Assembly: GCA_951406725.2 (NCBI GenBank)
Contig: OX597815.1
Span: forward strand, 105,958,001 to 106,022,000
Length of the DNA stretch: 64,000 nt
Direction: 5' to 3'
DNA from: Octopus vulgaris
Lineage: Eukaryota
The notes beneath the pieces are model-generated. The model was not told where the DNA came from and did not search any database. It worked only from the letters and a program-made list of their open reading frames with translations. Within the stretch, counting starts at the first letter, position 1. Every line of letters begins with the position of its first letter. Both the position numbers and the translations under genes were made by a program. Of the stretch, positions 1 to 12,309 are shown one piece after another.

Positions 1-692
1 CTGGATGTAAAGTCTTAGCACCAGTGGAGTATAAATTAAGACATGACAGAGTTGGCCAATATCTCCACTGGCTAATAAGTTGGCATTACAATATCAAAAC
101 TGCCGACAAGTGGTATAATCACCACCCTGAGGCTGTAACTGAAGGAGAAAATGTAACCATTCTGTGGGACTTTCCAGTACATACAGACCGAACCATCAAG
201 GCCAATAAACCAGATATTGTTGTGAAAGACCAAAACAATAAAGTTTGCTTATTGATCGACATGAGCATCCCCTGTGATCATAATATCTCAGCGAAAGAGT
301 TTGACAAGCTCAGAAAATATAAAGACCTACTCATTGAAATTGAGAAAATGTGGCATCTCAAGGCTGTTACAATACCAGTGATCGTAGGAGCACTAGGAAT
401 GATCAAGAAGGGAACCGAAAATTATATGAGAATGATCCCTGGCTTACCATCCCTGCAAGAAGTGCAAAAGATTGTCTTAACTGGTACATCACACGTATTG
501 AGAAGAGCATTGTCGATGTGAGAACTGTTGCTGCTCATGTATTTTAATTTAACTTAAAAAAAAAAAAAAAATGAACGAACTACTGAGTTTGGTTTAATGG
601 CCTACCAATGTATACTATGAGTTTCTTTGCCCTAGGAGTCGGGAAGACACTCGGCAAGAAATGGATGCAAATTTGAAAGAAGAAAAAAAAAA
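1..692 (+). mobile_element. 3' end of R4/Dong-type (REL-endonuclease) non-LTR retrotransposon, runs off window start
   Basis: ORF 24-521 has RHD, ILWDF...T...KPDIV...LIDMSIP...K..KY..L and PVIVGALG motifs typical of the restriction-like endonuclease C-terminus. It is followed by a ~170 nt 3' UTR and an A-rich tail abutting (TAA)n. No stops in the visible ORF. Confidence 0.88.
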
Positions 693-693
693 G

Positions 694-853
694 TAATAAT
701 AATAATAATAATAACGAAAAATACTTTAGGAATGAGAACCCAGGTTTGAAATTTCCCCAAGACACCTGATGAAGGCTGGAGGGTATATCAGCAAAACGTT
801 GTGTTAATAACAAACAAGATGAGGACAAATATCTGTTAAAATATAAATAATGC
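694..853 (+). mobile_element. 3' half of the tRNA/hammerhead short element (second copy; hammerhead core damaged)
   Basis: (TAA)n followed by sequence nearly identical to 3165-3305. GACAC-CTGATGA...GTGTT at 761-805, but CAGCAAAAC replaces CAGCYGAAAC. Confidence 0.85.
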
Positions 854-1073
854 ACTTTTCATATATTTTGAAAAAGGACATGCACACAGTATTTTCCTTC
901 CTCCATCAAAAATCTGAAGGTATAAATATACATTCCATGAGCAATGCATTGAGTATGTAGCATGAATGTGTAAAAAGCCATTATCTGCTGTGCAAATTTA
1001 CTTTCTTCTCAATTCTCGTCTTAGAGAAGGAAGTGTAGAGATAGAATATCATAACTTCAAATGTCTTCATAAC

Positions 1074-1240
1074 ATCATCATCATCATCGTTTAACGTCCA
1101 TTTTCCGTGCTAGCACGGGTTGGACGGTTCAACCGGGGTCTGGGAAGCCAGGAGGCTGCACCAGGCTCCAGTCTGATCTGGTAGTGTTTCTACAGCTGGA
1201 CGCCTTTCCTAACGCCAACCACTCCATGAGTGTAGTGGTT
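1074..1240 (-). mobile_element. RTE LINE 3' tail fragment
   Basis: (CAT)n plus the reverse complement of the GGCGTTAGGAAGGGCATCCAGCTGTAGAAAC...CATGGAAAACGGACGTTAAACGATGATG tail that is attached to RTE RT sequence elsewhere in the window. Confidence 0.8.
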
Positions 1241-1728
1241 AAGTTTTTGAGTGTAAATCAGCAGCAGGATGCTTTATGACAGATACATGCTTGTAACAAA
1301 TTTAGAACTGAAGGCTCTGTGGAGCTCAACTGCTAAATAAGTTAACATAACATTTCACTCATCTCCAAGACTGATTAGTAAAGTACCTAACTGACTAAAA
1401 AATGCTGGATGTTAGATATAGAAGTTAAATTATTAATACTTTATATACAAAGCTGTTTTGAGCAACAGACTTGCTATTTATTTATAAGGTTGTTTTGTTG
1501 CTGTGGGAAAGACAAAAGAGAGTTTGCTGAAGGTTGATAAGTTTTGTTGCCTTGAAGAACCCATTCTCTGTATGTAAGGGATTGAAAACTGCAAGGTAAA
1601 ACAATATATCTTCAAAATTCTTTGTATCAAGTTCTGCCATAAATTCTTTGTATGTAAGTGTGTGTATATCACTATATATTATTTATTTCTACTAATATCT
1701 CCATCTCACCCAAAAGATAATGTATTTA

Positions 1729-2150
1729 ACATCATCATCATCATCTTTTAACGTCCACTTTCCATGCTGGAATGGGTTGGACAGTTTGACTGAGGACTGG
1801 TGTGCCAGATGACTGCACAAGGTTCCAATCTGATCTGGCAGCGTTTCTACAGCTGGATGCCCTTCCTAACGTCAACCACTCCGAGAGCATAGTGAGTGCT
1901 TTTATGACTGGCATGAGTGCCAGTCAGGCATTACTGGCAACAGCTACACTCGAATGTTATTTTTCACGTGCCACCAGCAGAAGCGTCAGTAAGGCGATGC
2001 TGGTAATAATCACACTCAAATGATGCTTTTTATGTGCCACTGGCACAGGAGCCAGTCAGCAGCCCTGGCAACGATCATGCTCGGATGGTGCTCTTAACAT
2101 TCCTCTAGCACGGATGCTAGTCAAGCGGTGCTGTCATCGACCACGTCAGC
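1729..2150 (-). mobile_element. RTE LINE 3' UTR fragment
   Basis: Same (CAT)n tail and conserved block, plus internal repeated TTTTACGTGCCAC-type units. Confidence 0.75.
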
Positions 2151-2689
2151 TATTATTTAATCTATTAATATACTTTATCATTAGAATATTATTCATACTT
2201 GGTAAAAATTTTATGGAAACCTAGTTTCCCTCCCAAACTATCAAAAACCATATGGTGCTTTCCAATTGGTGCTTTTGCAGAAATCTGTCACAATAAGCAC
2301 CTTTGTTACATACATTATAAGTCAGCCTCACACAGAAATTTACAGAGGCCCCCTATCTCACTACAACCTGTATCCTTGAAGTCTTGCCTGCATATATATA
2401 TATACCCATGTATACTTTTCAGGATATGAGTTGCATTACTAACAACTGTCTACTTCTAACAAAGTCTTTCTTCCCTTATTATTTAACATATGCCAGGCAG
2501 CTGAGACTTATACATAACCTAATATGTTAATAGTTGTTTGTCGTAATTCATTTTGAAAGTAAATAATAGAATTAAATCATCTAAAGGTAGAAACTATAAG
2601 TGAGAACCATAAAATCACACAAACTTTCTTCTCTTCAGCTGCAGAACATAGATTCCACAAACTCATCCCACCTTTTCCTGCCAAGTCAA

Positions 2690-2870
2690 CATATTTAGGG
2701 CCTCTATCATCAACATAGGCACAATAAAAGGTAAGTCAAGAGGGATTGTGGAAATACTTGAATGGAGATAAACAGATGTATGCTGTGCAAATGAAGGCAG
2801 AAAGCAACCTCAACTAGATCCATCACAGGCAAGGAACAAAAGTACAAACTCTTCTGGATAACAGCAGTGA
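2690..2870 (+). mobile_element. decayed RTE APE-endonuclease N-terminal fragment
   Basis: Translates FRASIINIGTIKGKSRGIVEILEWR*TDVCC, similar to 55490-55620. Confidence 0.5.
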
Positions 2871-3022
2871 CCTAAGTACACTGTTAGCCAAGAAATAGAC
2901 ATTTAAGCTGAGATAGCCAGAGTATATTATATAGAATAATTGAGCTTAAGCTAGTTATAATTATGTTGGTTATAGTTATGTTGCAGGGTGGTTACTCATA
3001 TACAGCTGAGTGGACTGGAATA

Positions 3023-3093
3023 GGGCATATGGCGTAGTGGTTAAGAGTGTGGGCTACTAACCCCAAGATTCCGAGTTCGATTCCAGACAGTGA

Positions 3094-3138
<45 letters not shown>

Positions 3139-3305
3139 CAACACCAACGACAACAACAACAACATCGAAAAATACCTTAGGAATGAGAACCCAGGTTCGA
3201 AATTTCCCCAAGACACCTGATGAAGGCTGGAGGGTATACCAGCTGAAACGTTGTGTTAACAACAAACAAGATGAGGGCAAATATCCGTCAATTGTAAATA
3301 ATGTA
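3023..3305 (+). mobile_element. tRNA-headed short retroelement with internal (AAT)n(AAC)n tract and Penelope-type hammerhead tail
   Basis: A box TGGCGTAGTGG (3030-3040), B box GTTCGATTC (3075-3083), microsatellite ~3098-3163, hammerhead motif 3212-3257. It interrupts an older SINE remnant, and a second copy lies at 694-853. Confidence 0.8.
3212..3257 (+). ncRNA. minimal type-I hammerhead ribozyme motif
   Basis: Stem I GACAC/GTGTT; core CTGATGA(+A); stem II GGCTGG-AGGGTATA-CCAGCT; GAAA; palindromic AACGTT in place of helix III; predicted cleavage after UU. Activity untested. Confidence 0.7.
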
Positions 3306-4843
3306 TGAAATAAAATGTTTTGCTCAAGAGCACAGTGCTTTGTCTGGTCCAGGAAGCAAACTCATGTTCTCACAATCATACATGCAACACTCTAAACACT
3401 AGGCCACATGCCTTCGATTATGTTTTTAATTTACTTTCTCTTAATTTGACCCTTTAATTTGAATACCACTAATTTTATTTATTATTGTTTTCTTAATATT
3501 TTATGTATTATATTTTATCATTATGTCCCTTTTTATTATCATACCACTTCTTATTAACATGACAGTTTAATGTCTTGCTTTGTTAACATGTTAGTTTTTA
3601 TTACCATGGTGCAAATGGGAAGATACTACGAAAGAGAAAGATCAAAAAAGATATAGGAAGATGTGGGGAGCTCTGACCTCAGGGTGCTGAACCTCACAAA
3701 AGAGATGACAGAGAATCCCAAAATGTGCTAAAACAAACAATGCTAACCATGGGAGCATCAGAAGGTGAACATGAAAATGATAATAATGGTAATGTTAATC
3801 TATATTAATATGATAGCTCATTTATATCTAACCTTTCGCAACATGCTAAGACAAGTTACTCAAAATAGAGTGAGAAATGGAAAGTCATAGAAAACAAAAT
3901 GGAAAAGTAAGAGACGATAATGATAAATGGCGGCGGCAGCAGTGGTGGTTCTGCTGCTGCTGCTTATTTGTTGTTTGGAATGGCTGTTGGTAGTCATGGT
4001 GATGCCAGTGGTGGCAATGACAATTACTTGCAGTAAGGTGTATGCATGAAATCAGTTCACTAAAATTATTCCATTCATGGACACCTTACCAACATCATTA
4101 TCATTTAAAAAAAGCCAATTACAGTATCTCATGAGCATCATCGTCATCAGTTTCTGTCTATCCAATTCTTCTCGCAAAATTTTGGTCAGCCTGGAACTAT
4201 AGTAGAAGACACTTGCCCAAAATGCTACTCAGTGGGACTGTACCCAAAACTAGTGAGGGTTGACAACAGGAAGGGCTTTCAGCTGTCAAAAATCTGCCTC
4301 AACAAATAGCTTTTATGAAGAATCATAACACTAAATTCAGCTATACCTGTTACTTTGTTTACTAAATAATTCCAAGCTATTTGCGATAAAGAAATAATTA
4401 TATTTTTGTGCAAAAATAACTTTTATTGAGTAGTCTCAGGCCTTTCACATGTGCATGTGGCCCTCATGGAGAAAAATTTACCCAACTGTGATCTAGTAAA
4501 CCAAAGGAGAATAGACTAAAGCCGTTTCCTCATTGTTTACTCTTGAAACAGGACAGTATTTGATCTCAATGTTACAGGTTAATTAAAGACCTGTTAATTT
4601 CATAGTGGGCAGATTATAACCAATATGGTATTTAGAGTAAGCAGTTACAATTTTAGATGTTGTAAATGGTAGGGAAGAGCACTAAACACATGATGTTAGC
4701 TATTGATACTTTAGTCGATCAAGTTGAAACTAATTTAAGGAAAAAATATTTCCCAAATGTAAAATATATTTAGATTTGAAGAACCATCTAGTTTATATGC
4801 AATGAATAAATAAATAAAGTATTTAATAAAGTTAGTAACCATA

Positions 4844-5262
4844 GTAGGCACAGGAGTGGCTGTGTGGTAAGTAGCTTGCTTACCAACCACATGGTTCCGG
4901 GTTCAGTCCCACTGCGTGGCATCTTGGGTAAGTGTTTTCTGCTATAGCCTCGGGCCGACCAATGCCTTGTGAGTGGATTTGGTAGACGGAAACTGAAAGA
5001 AGCCTGTCGTATCTATGTATATATATATATATATATATTTGTATGTGTGTGTATATGTTTGTGTGTCTGTGTTTGTCCCCCTAGCATTGCTTGACAACCG
5101 ATGCTGGTGTGTTTACGTTCCCGTCACTTAGCAGTTCGGCAAAATAGACCGATAGAATAAGTACTGGGCTTACAAAGAATAAGTCCCGGGGTCGATTTGC
5201 TTGACTAAAGGCGGTGCTCCAGCATGGCCACAGTCAAATGACTGAAACAAGTAAAAGAGAGA
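4844..5262 (+). mobile_element. tRNA-derived SINE with CORE-like block and internal (TA)/(TG) microsatellite
   Basis: TGGCTGTGTGG A-box, GGTTCAGTCCC B-box, CTTGGGYAAGTG CORE-like block, microsatellite, then a conserved 3' part ending GACTGAAACAAGTAAAAGA. Many copies in the window. Confidence 0.85.
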
Positions 5263-5829
5263 GTAAAGATTATAGAGTAAGTAGATTTAATAAAGTAAGT
5301 AACTATAGAGTCAGTCTAAAATATTTTTAACCATTCCACAAATTTAAAAAAAAAAATGTAGCCACAGTGACGAATGACAATTCATGCACAAATTGCTCAA
5401 ACAATACTGGTAAATTGTTCAAGCCCCATTTAATTGTAATTTGTTTTAAGTTTGAACATATTTTTCCATTTCCGTATTACAAAGAACTCATTTAGAAACA
5501 TCACGAGATTGAGTTATATTTCATTGACAATTAGTTACTCCACATGCATGTAATGACAACATAATTTTTATACATGGAATTATATTCTTTGTGTGTAACT
5601 CAAAGCATATGAATTAGTCTCACATATCTATTGTATTTGTTCTTGATATTAAATTCATCAACTAATTTGCCTCTTTTGTTCCCTGTTAATGTATATTATA
5701 AACAGTAAAAATGTGGTTGCAAATGTAATGATATTCTTAATTAATTGGACCAAGAATTGCAGCTGATGTTGGAATTTGGTAATAGAGCTGTCACACAATG
5801 AGGAAGAATAGCATGTGTCTTGGCTTTGA

Positions 5830-6050
5830 GAAAAAAAAATTAAGAAAAGTCTTTCTTTTAAACAAACCAGGAGCCAAGAAAAAAAACCCAACAGTTCAGT
5901 AGAGCAGTTAATTTGTAAAAGAATGAGTAAGAAAAGCTTGTGGTGTCTTGTGAGAAAAGAAAAAAGGAAAGGCATTTCACTGTATTGTCCCTTATACATG
6001 ACTTACACAGCCCAATACCCTGGTCTTTATGTCTGATTTTCACAGCCCAC
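5830..6050 (+). mobile_element. possible decayed piggyBac transposase C-terminal cysteine-rich remnant
   Basis: Fragments GAKKKNPT and VRKEKRKGISLYCP...QYPGL resemble the piggyBac CRD spacing. Heavily disrupted. Confidence 0.3.
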
Positions 6051-6294
6051 TGCCCTGCTTCTTATATCTGATCTCCACTGCCCACTTCACTAATCTTATA
6101 GCATTGAGTACAATTTGTTAGACGTTATTGATGTTATTTCAGAACTGAAAGCTAACCAGTGTCATACTGTATTCTGTTGTGTCATGTAATATTTGGTAAC
6201 ATCATGTAGTCTTTTGCAGTGTGATACAGTATTAAAATGGTTCCAATATTACTATATTTCAAGAGGGATTTAGTATATGCCATAAGTCTGTACC

Positions 6295-9000
6295 ATCATC
6301 ATTATCATCATCATCATCATCATCATTTAATGTCCGTTGTCCATCCTGGCATGGGTTGGACAGTTTGACCAAGGCTGGCAAGCTGGATGGCTGCATCAGA
6401 CTCCAGTCTGTTTTGATATGGTTTCTATGGCTGGATGCCCTTCCTTACACCAACCACTCTGAGAGTGTAATTGGTGCTTTTACAAGCCATTTGCATGATA
6501 CAGGTATCTGCCACAACTGCGGTTTTACTTGGCTTGATGGGTCTTCATCTCAAGCATGGTATAATGCCAAATGGATTTGGTCATTGCCTCAATGAGGCCC
6601 AATGCTTTAAGCCCAGCATAATGCCAAATGGTCTCGGTCCTTGCCTCAGTGGGGCCCAACACTAGAAAGGTGCTTTTACATGCCACCAGCATGGGTGCCA
6701 TTTCCATGACACCAGTATCTACCATGACTGCAATTTTACTTGGCTTGATGGATCTTCTTCTCAAGCACAACATAATGCCAAATGGACTTGGTCATTGCCT
6801 CTGTGAAGCCCAACATTTGAAAGGATCTCAGTCTCAGTCCTGCCTCCATGAGGTCCAATACTCGAAAGGTGCATTTATATGCCACTGGCATGGGTGCCAT
6901 TTGCATGACACTGGTATCTGCCATAACTGTGATTTTACTTGGCTTGATGGGTCTTCTTCTCACAACATACATAATGCCAAAGGTCTTAGTCATTGCTTCT
7001 GTGAGGCCCAAGATTCACAAGGAGCTCAACCACTTTGCCTCCATGAGGCTCAACACTTAAAAGGTTCTTTTTACATTCCACTTGCCAGTTACGTGACACC
7101 AGCATCAGCTACAACTGTGATTTCACTTGGCTTTGATCTTCTCAAGCACAGCATACTGCCAAAGGTCTTGGTCACTAGTCATTGCCTCTGTGAGGCCCAA
7201 AGTTCAGAGATCATGCTTCACCACCTCATCCCATGTCTTCTTGGATCTACCCATACCACAGATTCCCTCCATAGTTAGAGATCAGCACTTCTTTACACAG
7301 CTAACCTCGTCCATATGTATCACATGACCATACCAGCATATTTGTCTCTCTTGCACACCACATTTGATACCTCTTATGCCTAACTTTTCTCTCAAGATGC
7401 TTACACTCTGTCAAACATGCACATTGACATTGCACATCCAGCAAAGCATACTGGCTTCATTTATTTCAAGCCTACGCATGTCCTTATTAGTCACAGTCCA
7501 TATTTCACTGCCATGTAGCATAGCTGTTTGTACACAGGCATCATACAATCTGCCTTTCATTCTGAGAGAGAGGCCCTTTGTTGCCATCAGAGGTAGGAAC
7601 TCTCTGCACTTTGCCCAATCTAATCTTATTCTGATAGCTGTGCTCTTGGAGCATCCACCTCTGCCATTAATTTGATCACCTAGGTAACAGAAGCTATCTA
7701 CTACCTCTAGCTTATGCCTGTAGCAGTTGATGGTGTCTATTTTCTGCACATTTTCACTGTTTATTGTACCTGTGCATCTACCACACACAAAAGCTATTTT
7801 CCCTGTTAACTTTCCTCGGATATTGCTGTACCTTTTATGTGTCCAAAGCTTACACTGAGTGCATCTTACAGAGTTGCTACCTACATTTTTCTACAGATCA
7901 AGCAGGGCCATCTACCTGAAATGAATTGTGATTTGTCTGACTTCCTACTTACTAAGACTTTGGTTTTTGCTTGGTTAACTCTAAGGCCCTTTGATTCTAG
8001 ACATTGCTTTGATACATGAAACTTCTTCTCTAGTTCTGGTAGTGATTCAGCTATAAGAACAAGATCATCGGTATAGAGCCTCTCTTAAATTCCTCTTGTT
8101 ATTGCCTGGAGGACTATGATGAACAAGAGGGGGATTAGGACTGATCCTTGATAAACCCTTACTTGTACCTTGAATTCTTCACTGTACTTGTTGCCAATCC
8201 TCACCTTACTGGTAGCAACATTGTAGCTGGCTTGTACAGCTCTCACCAGCCACTCATCTATCCCTAGTTGCCACATTGACCACCAGATAAGGGATCGGGG
8301 GACCCTGTCAAAAGCTTTCTCCAAGTCAACAAAAGCTAAGTATAGAAGTTTATCTTTGGCTATGTATTTCTCCTGCAGGTGCCTTACCAGAAATATAACA
8401 TCAATGGTGCTTCTCCTTGGCACAAAACCAAACTGCATCTCATCTAGACTAATTCCCCCCTAAGTAGTTGGGTTATGACTCTCTCCGTAACTTTCATTAC
8501 CTAATCCAACAATTTGATACCTCTGTAATTATTTCTATCCAAGACATCACCTTTACCTTTGTAGCAGTTGACTATGGTGCTGCTACACCAGTCATTAGGT
8601 GTGACTCCTTCTTGAACTACCTGATTTACGATACAGGTAACTAGATCATAACCTACACTGCCAGATATTTTAAGTATCTCAGCAGTGACTCCTGAAGGGC
8701 TGGGGGCTTTCCTTGGCTTCATGACCTTAATTGCTTTATTTACCAAGGTACTGTTGATTCGGGTAGCTGGTCCCTCAATTGAGTCAACATTTGGTATACC
8801 CTCCTCCTTTCATTCATTCTCTACATTCAGCAGTCTTCCATAATGGCATTTCCATGCCTCTTTCTTTACAGAATCACTAAATGCAAGTGCACCATCATTT
8901 ATGTGGACACATTTCTATCCTATGAAATCACAATTTTCTCTCACACACTGTCATGCAATTCAGAACACTTTGGTCCTCACATCGGTGAACATAGGCAAAC
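6295..9000 (-). mobile_element. 5'-truncated RTE LINE (RT domain, frameshifted) with expanded 3' UTR
   Basis: ORF pieces KAPSPSG...NYRGIKLL, QFGF...AFVDLEKAFDRVP...YQGS and FCYLGD...LHGSE, plus a (GAT)n tail at ~6295-6325. Confidence 0.92.
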
Positions 9001-9989
9001 TTCCTCTTTTTTTATCTATATCATTATTTATCATATTTTCACACTGTCAGAATAAGAACTCTACTATTGGACATGGGTGGACATAGGAAAATTACTACAC
9101 TAATTCTGATGTTAATCTTCATAATGATTTAATAGTGATTAGTTTAGATGCAATTTATAGGTGAAACATTACTAAATTAATAAGAATTTGACAATGGATG
9201 TCAACTCCCAATATTATAAACCCAACTACTGTTATCAACTTCCTTACCATTGTCCTTAATGACATCCTTATTACTGCTGTCATCATCATCATAAACTGCT
9301 GTGACAATCCAAGTATCCTCATAATATCCTGTTCCTCTTTTCTTACCATACAAAACTCTTAAAACCTTTAATAAATTATTGATCCACATAATTCAATAAA
9401 TGTGATTTCTAGATGTTAATTAATTTACATTTAGTATTTCCTGGTGCATTTCTTTTTTATATATTTTTTTTAAAATCACATGTATACTGCCAACTGCAAA
9501 TTTATCATTCCTGAAAAAAAAATCCCATCTGCTCTCTGATTATATTAATCAATATGTTCACACTTGAAACACATGGCAAGCTTCCCTCTTTTATCTAATT
9601 TATCTCTAAGCACCAATAGCACAATCTTATAATAGAATACTTCTTTTCCCCATTTCTCACTAATCTTAAGTTTTGATGTTTGAATTATAATTAAAGTATG
9701 TGCAATATATATAGCACACATGAAGGTCTCACCAGACACCATCCTATATGTTCAACATAGCTGCAAGGCTCACACACACAAATGCACACACACACACACA
9801 CATACACACACGCACATATACACACACACTATCTAATATGTGTATCTCTGCAGGACTCACACACACAATGATAGAAAATTTCTCAAATAAACATTATTAT
9901 TACTATGCTGTTATGTGATATTGGTATTGTAACTGCTTTAACTATGCATCCTATCAAACCCAAACTCATGGTCTAGAATAAGGAGTATT

Positions 9990-10260
9990 TTTTCCACCCT
10001 TGATGTCTGTTCTGACTTTCTGGATAATTTTTGCTGAACCTAGTAAACCAGTTTTCTGCACTACATACATTCCCAGATGAAGTTCTAATTTTCCAAGGGT
10101 TGCACTCAAACTTATCATAACAATTCCCAAAGCCCCAATGATCCAATAATAATTAGCTAGATCATAATCTTGTTGATTTCTTTGTTGCAACATTGAAAGA
10201 TTGCAATTTGATATATAACTCTACTTTTACCTTTTCCTTTTTCTTATGTGCAATGCCATA
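9990..10260 (-). mobile_element. decayed REL-type LINE C-terminus
   Basis: IIGALG...VQKTGLLGSAKII motif (ORF 9966-10193). Confidence 0.65.
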
Positions 10261-10469
10261 TTTGATTACAGTACAATGTTTCTTCTTATCAAAGGTTATA
10301 ATATTACTATTGGATTGGCAGAATTGTTAGTGTCAGAAAAAATGCCTTGCAATATTTGTTCCAGTTCTTCACATTCTTAGGCCAAATTCCAAAAGGTCAA
10401 CTTTGTCTTTCTGCTGCTTCCAACTATACAACACTACAATAAGAAATATAGTCAAACAAATCAGCTTCC

Positions 10470-11205
10470 AATATGCTAAGGAGAAGTGGAAGCAAAACTT
10501 ACTGCATGGCAAAGGGAGACCAAATCCTTATTCATCAGTGCCTAGCATACTCTGGTCCTCAAGCTGGAAATTGAGAGGTATATTATTGCTGGTTGAATGC
10601 TTTCCAACTAGAAACTACCAGAGTAATGCTCTGAAACATGAAAGCAGCCCACTGTGTCATATATGCAGAGAATATCTAGAGACAATCAACTACATAATTT
10701 CTGGACGCAGCCAATTGGCACCTACAGGGTATTTGCAATGATATGATAAGGCGGCTCAGTACATATGCTGCACATACGATCTCCTCCACAAAGAGCATTG
10801 GTAGGAATATAAACCACCACAAGTTGTACTGAATGCTGAAGTTACCATCCTTTGGAATTTCTTTGTTCAGACTGGCTGGGAAATTCATGTCAATCAACCA
10901 GTTGTGAAAAAATCATGTTGAAAAGACATATCTTTTGATGAATGTTGCAGCCCAAGCTGGAAAAAAACACATCTCTGAAAATGTTTTAGAAATTGAGCAA
11001 ATATAAAGACTTTGGGGTAGAGATCAGAAGAACATAGCATCACAAAACAACCATATTATTTATTGTTATTGGGGCACTTGGAATGATATAAAAAGGAATA
11101 AACAAATATGTAGACCAAATTCCTGGCAACCCCAAAATAAGTACATTGTACAAGATCATACTTAAGGGTTTCTCACATATCTTACGTAAAATGCTTTCCT
11201 TGTAA
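10470..11205 (+). mobile_element. decayed R4/Dong-type LINE 3' fragment
   Basis: KWK..LHGK, PTRNYQ, CHIC...ETI.YIISG zinc-knuckle-like motif; the downstream sequence parallels 24-521. Confidence 0.75.
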
Positions 11206-11559
11206 ATACAATCTTATTCATTCAGTTTTAATATAAATTTTATAAAAGGAATTTTTATTTTTATAACACATAAACATCTTTAGATACGAGAACTTGCCCT
11301 TTGACATCGCTTGTCGAAACTTAGGAGAAACTTGTACAAATTACATCAAAGGTGGTGGTGGTGGATGATGATGGTGATGGTGGTGATGATGATGATGATC
11401 ATCATCATCATTCATCACAGTTGCATTAAATTTGTTCCAGTCTATCCTTCCTCCTTTCTTTCATACTGCAGTAGCTAGATGATTACTGGGCCTACCCTGT
11501 TGTGCAGTAAGCCACCTTCCTGATGGGAAATTTTCTCGATAGAAGACTGTATAAAATGG

Positions 11560-12300
11560 TAAGGCAAGATATAAGAGTCTATGTGAGAAGCAATTCAGAA
11601 AGACTAGTTTCAGCTGCCAAGAGGAGAGAAATAAACGGCAGAGACTGCAATGGAATACAAGAAAAAAAAGAGAACAGGAGCAAGAAAGAAACATCTGTAG
11701 AAAAGAACTACTCAATCAACATCTCAGACAAACACAAAATGCTACAGCAGAGGAGTCATAGTTATGGCTGAAGAATGGAGACCTTAAGAAAGAAACAGAA
11801 GGACTCATGGTAGCTACTGAAGCCAGTCATGGTAGCTACTGAATCATTAAGATCAAAATAGACAAAACAGCAAAAAGTGCTGAGTATGTAATGAGAAAGA
11901 GGAATCCATTTTGCACATAATAATTTCCTGTAGTCCCTTGGCACAGAAGGAATATAGATGCAGACACAACTGTATGACCAAAGCAATATACTGGGATATA
12001 TTACAGCTAAGAGGATTTAAAGTAGGAAGAAAATGGTATGAACATCAACCAGAAAGTGTAATAGAGAATGAGAAGTACAAGATTTTATGGGCTTTTAATG
12101 GACAGACTGATCATGAAATTCATGCCAGGCAACCAGATATTATGGTTCTGGACAAGGGGGTAAAATAAGAGTGCATCATCATAGAGGTGGCTATATCTGT
12201 GGACATGAATGTAGTGATCAAAGAACAGTAAAAAAATAGGAAAATACCAGGATTTGGCTCAGAAAATGACTGGAAAGTTCCTACAAAAGTAATCCCAGTT
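11560..12300 (+). mobile_element. decayed REL-type LINE 3' fragment (different subfamily)
   Basis: WL..GDLKKETEGL, and KWYEHQPESVIENEKYKILW...TDHEIHARQPDI (ORF 11911-12168). Confidence 0.75.
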
Positions 12301-12309
12301 GTTAAAACG

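Noticed and set aside
580-855. Poly-Leu/Ile hydrophobic ORFs (also 2992-3280)
   Set aside because: Translations of (TAA)n/(CAA)n microsatellites.
1478-1600. Minus-strand acceptor-like site and open frames (possible exon of a divergent gene)
   Set aside because: No recognisable homology and no convincing donor; cannot be supported.
3023-3097. tRNA gene
   Set aside because: A and B boxes are present, but there is no good acceptor stem or oligo-T terminator. It is the head of a repeat.
6628-7278. 216-aa plus-strand ORF with repeated Cys/His motifs
   Set aside because: Antisense reading of the tandem RTE 3' modules; not a zinc-finger gene.
8960-9005. Both long minus-strand RTE copies end 5' at nearly the same ORF position (compare 49490-49507)
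   Set aside because: Only two cases with breakpoints ~25 nt apart; coincidence cannot be excluded.
9155-9520. Minus-strand short ORFs and acceptor-like site near 9511
   Set aside because: Low-complexity GAT-rich sequence with no coherent exon.
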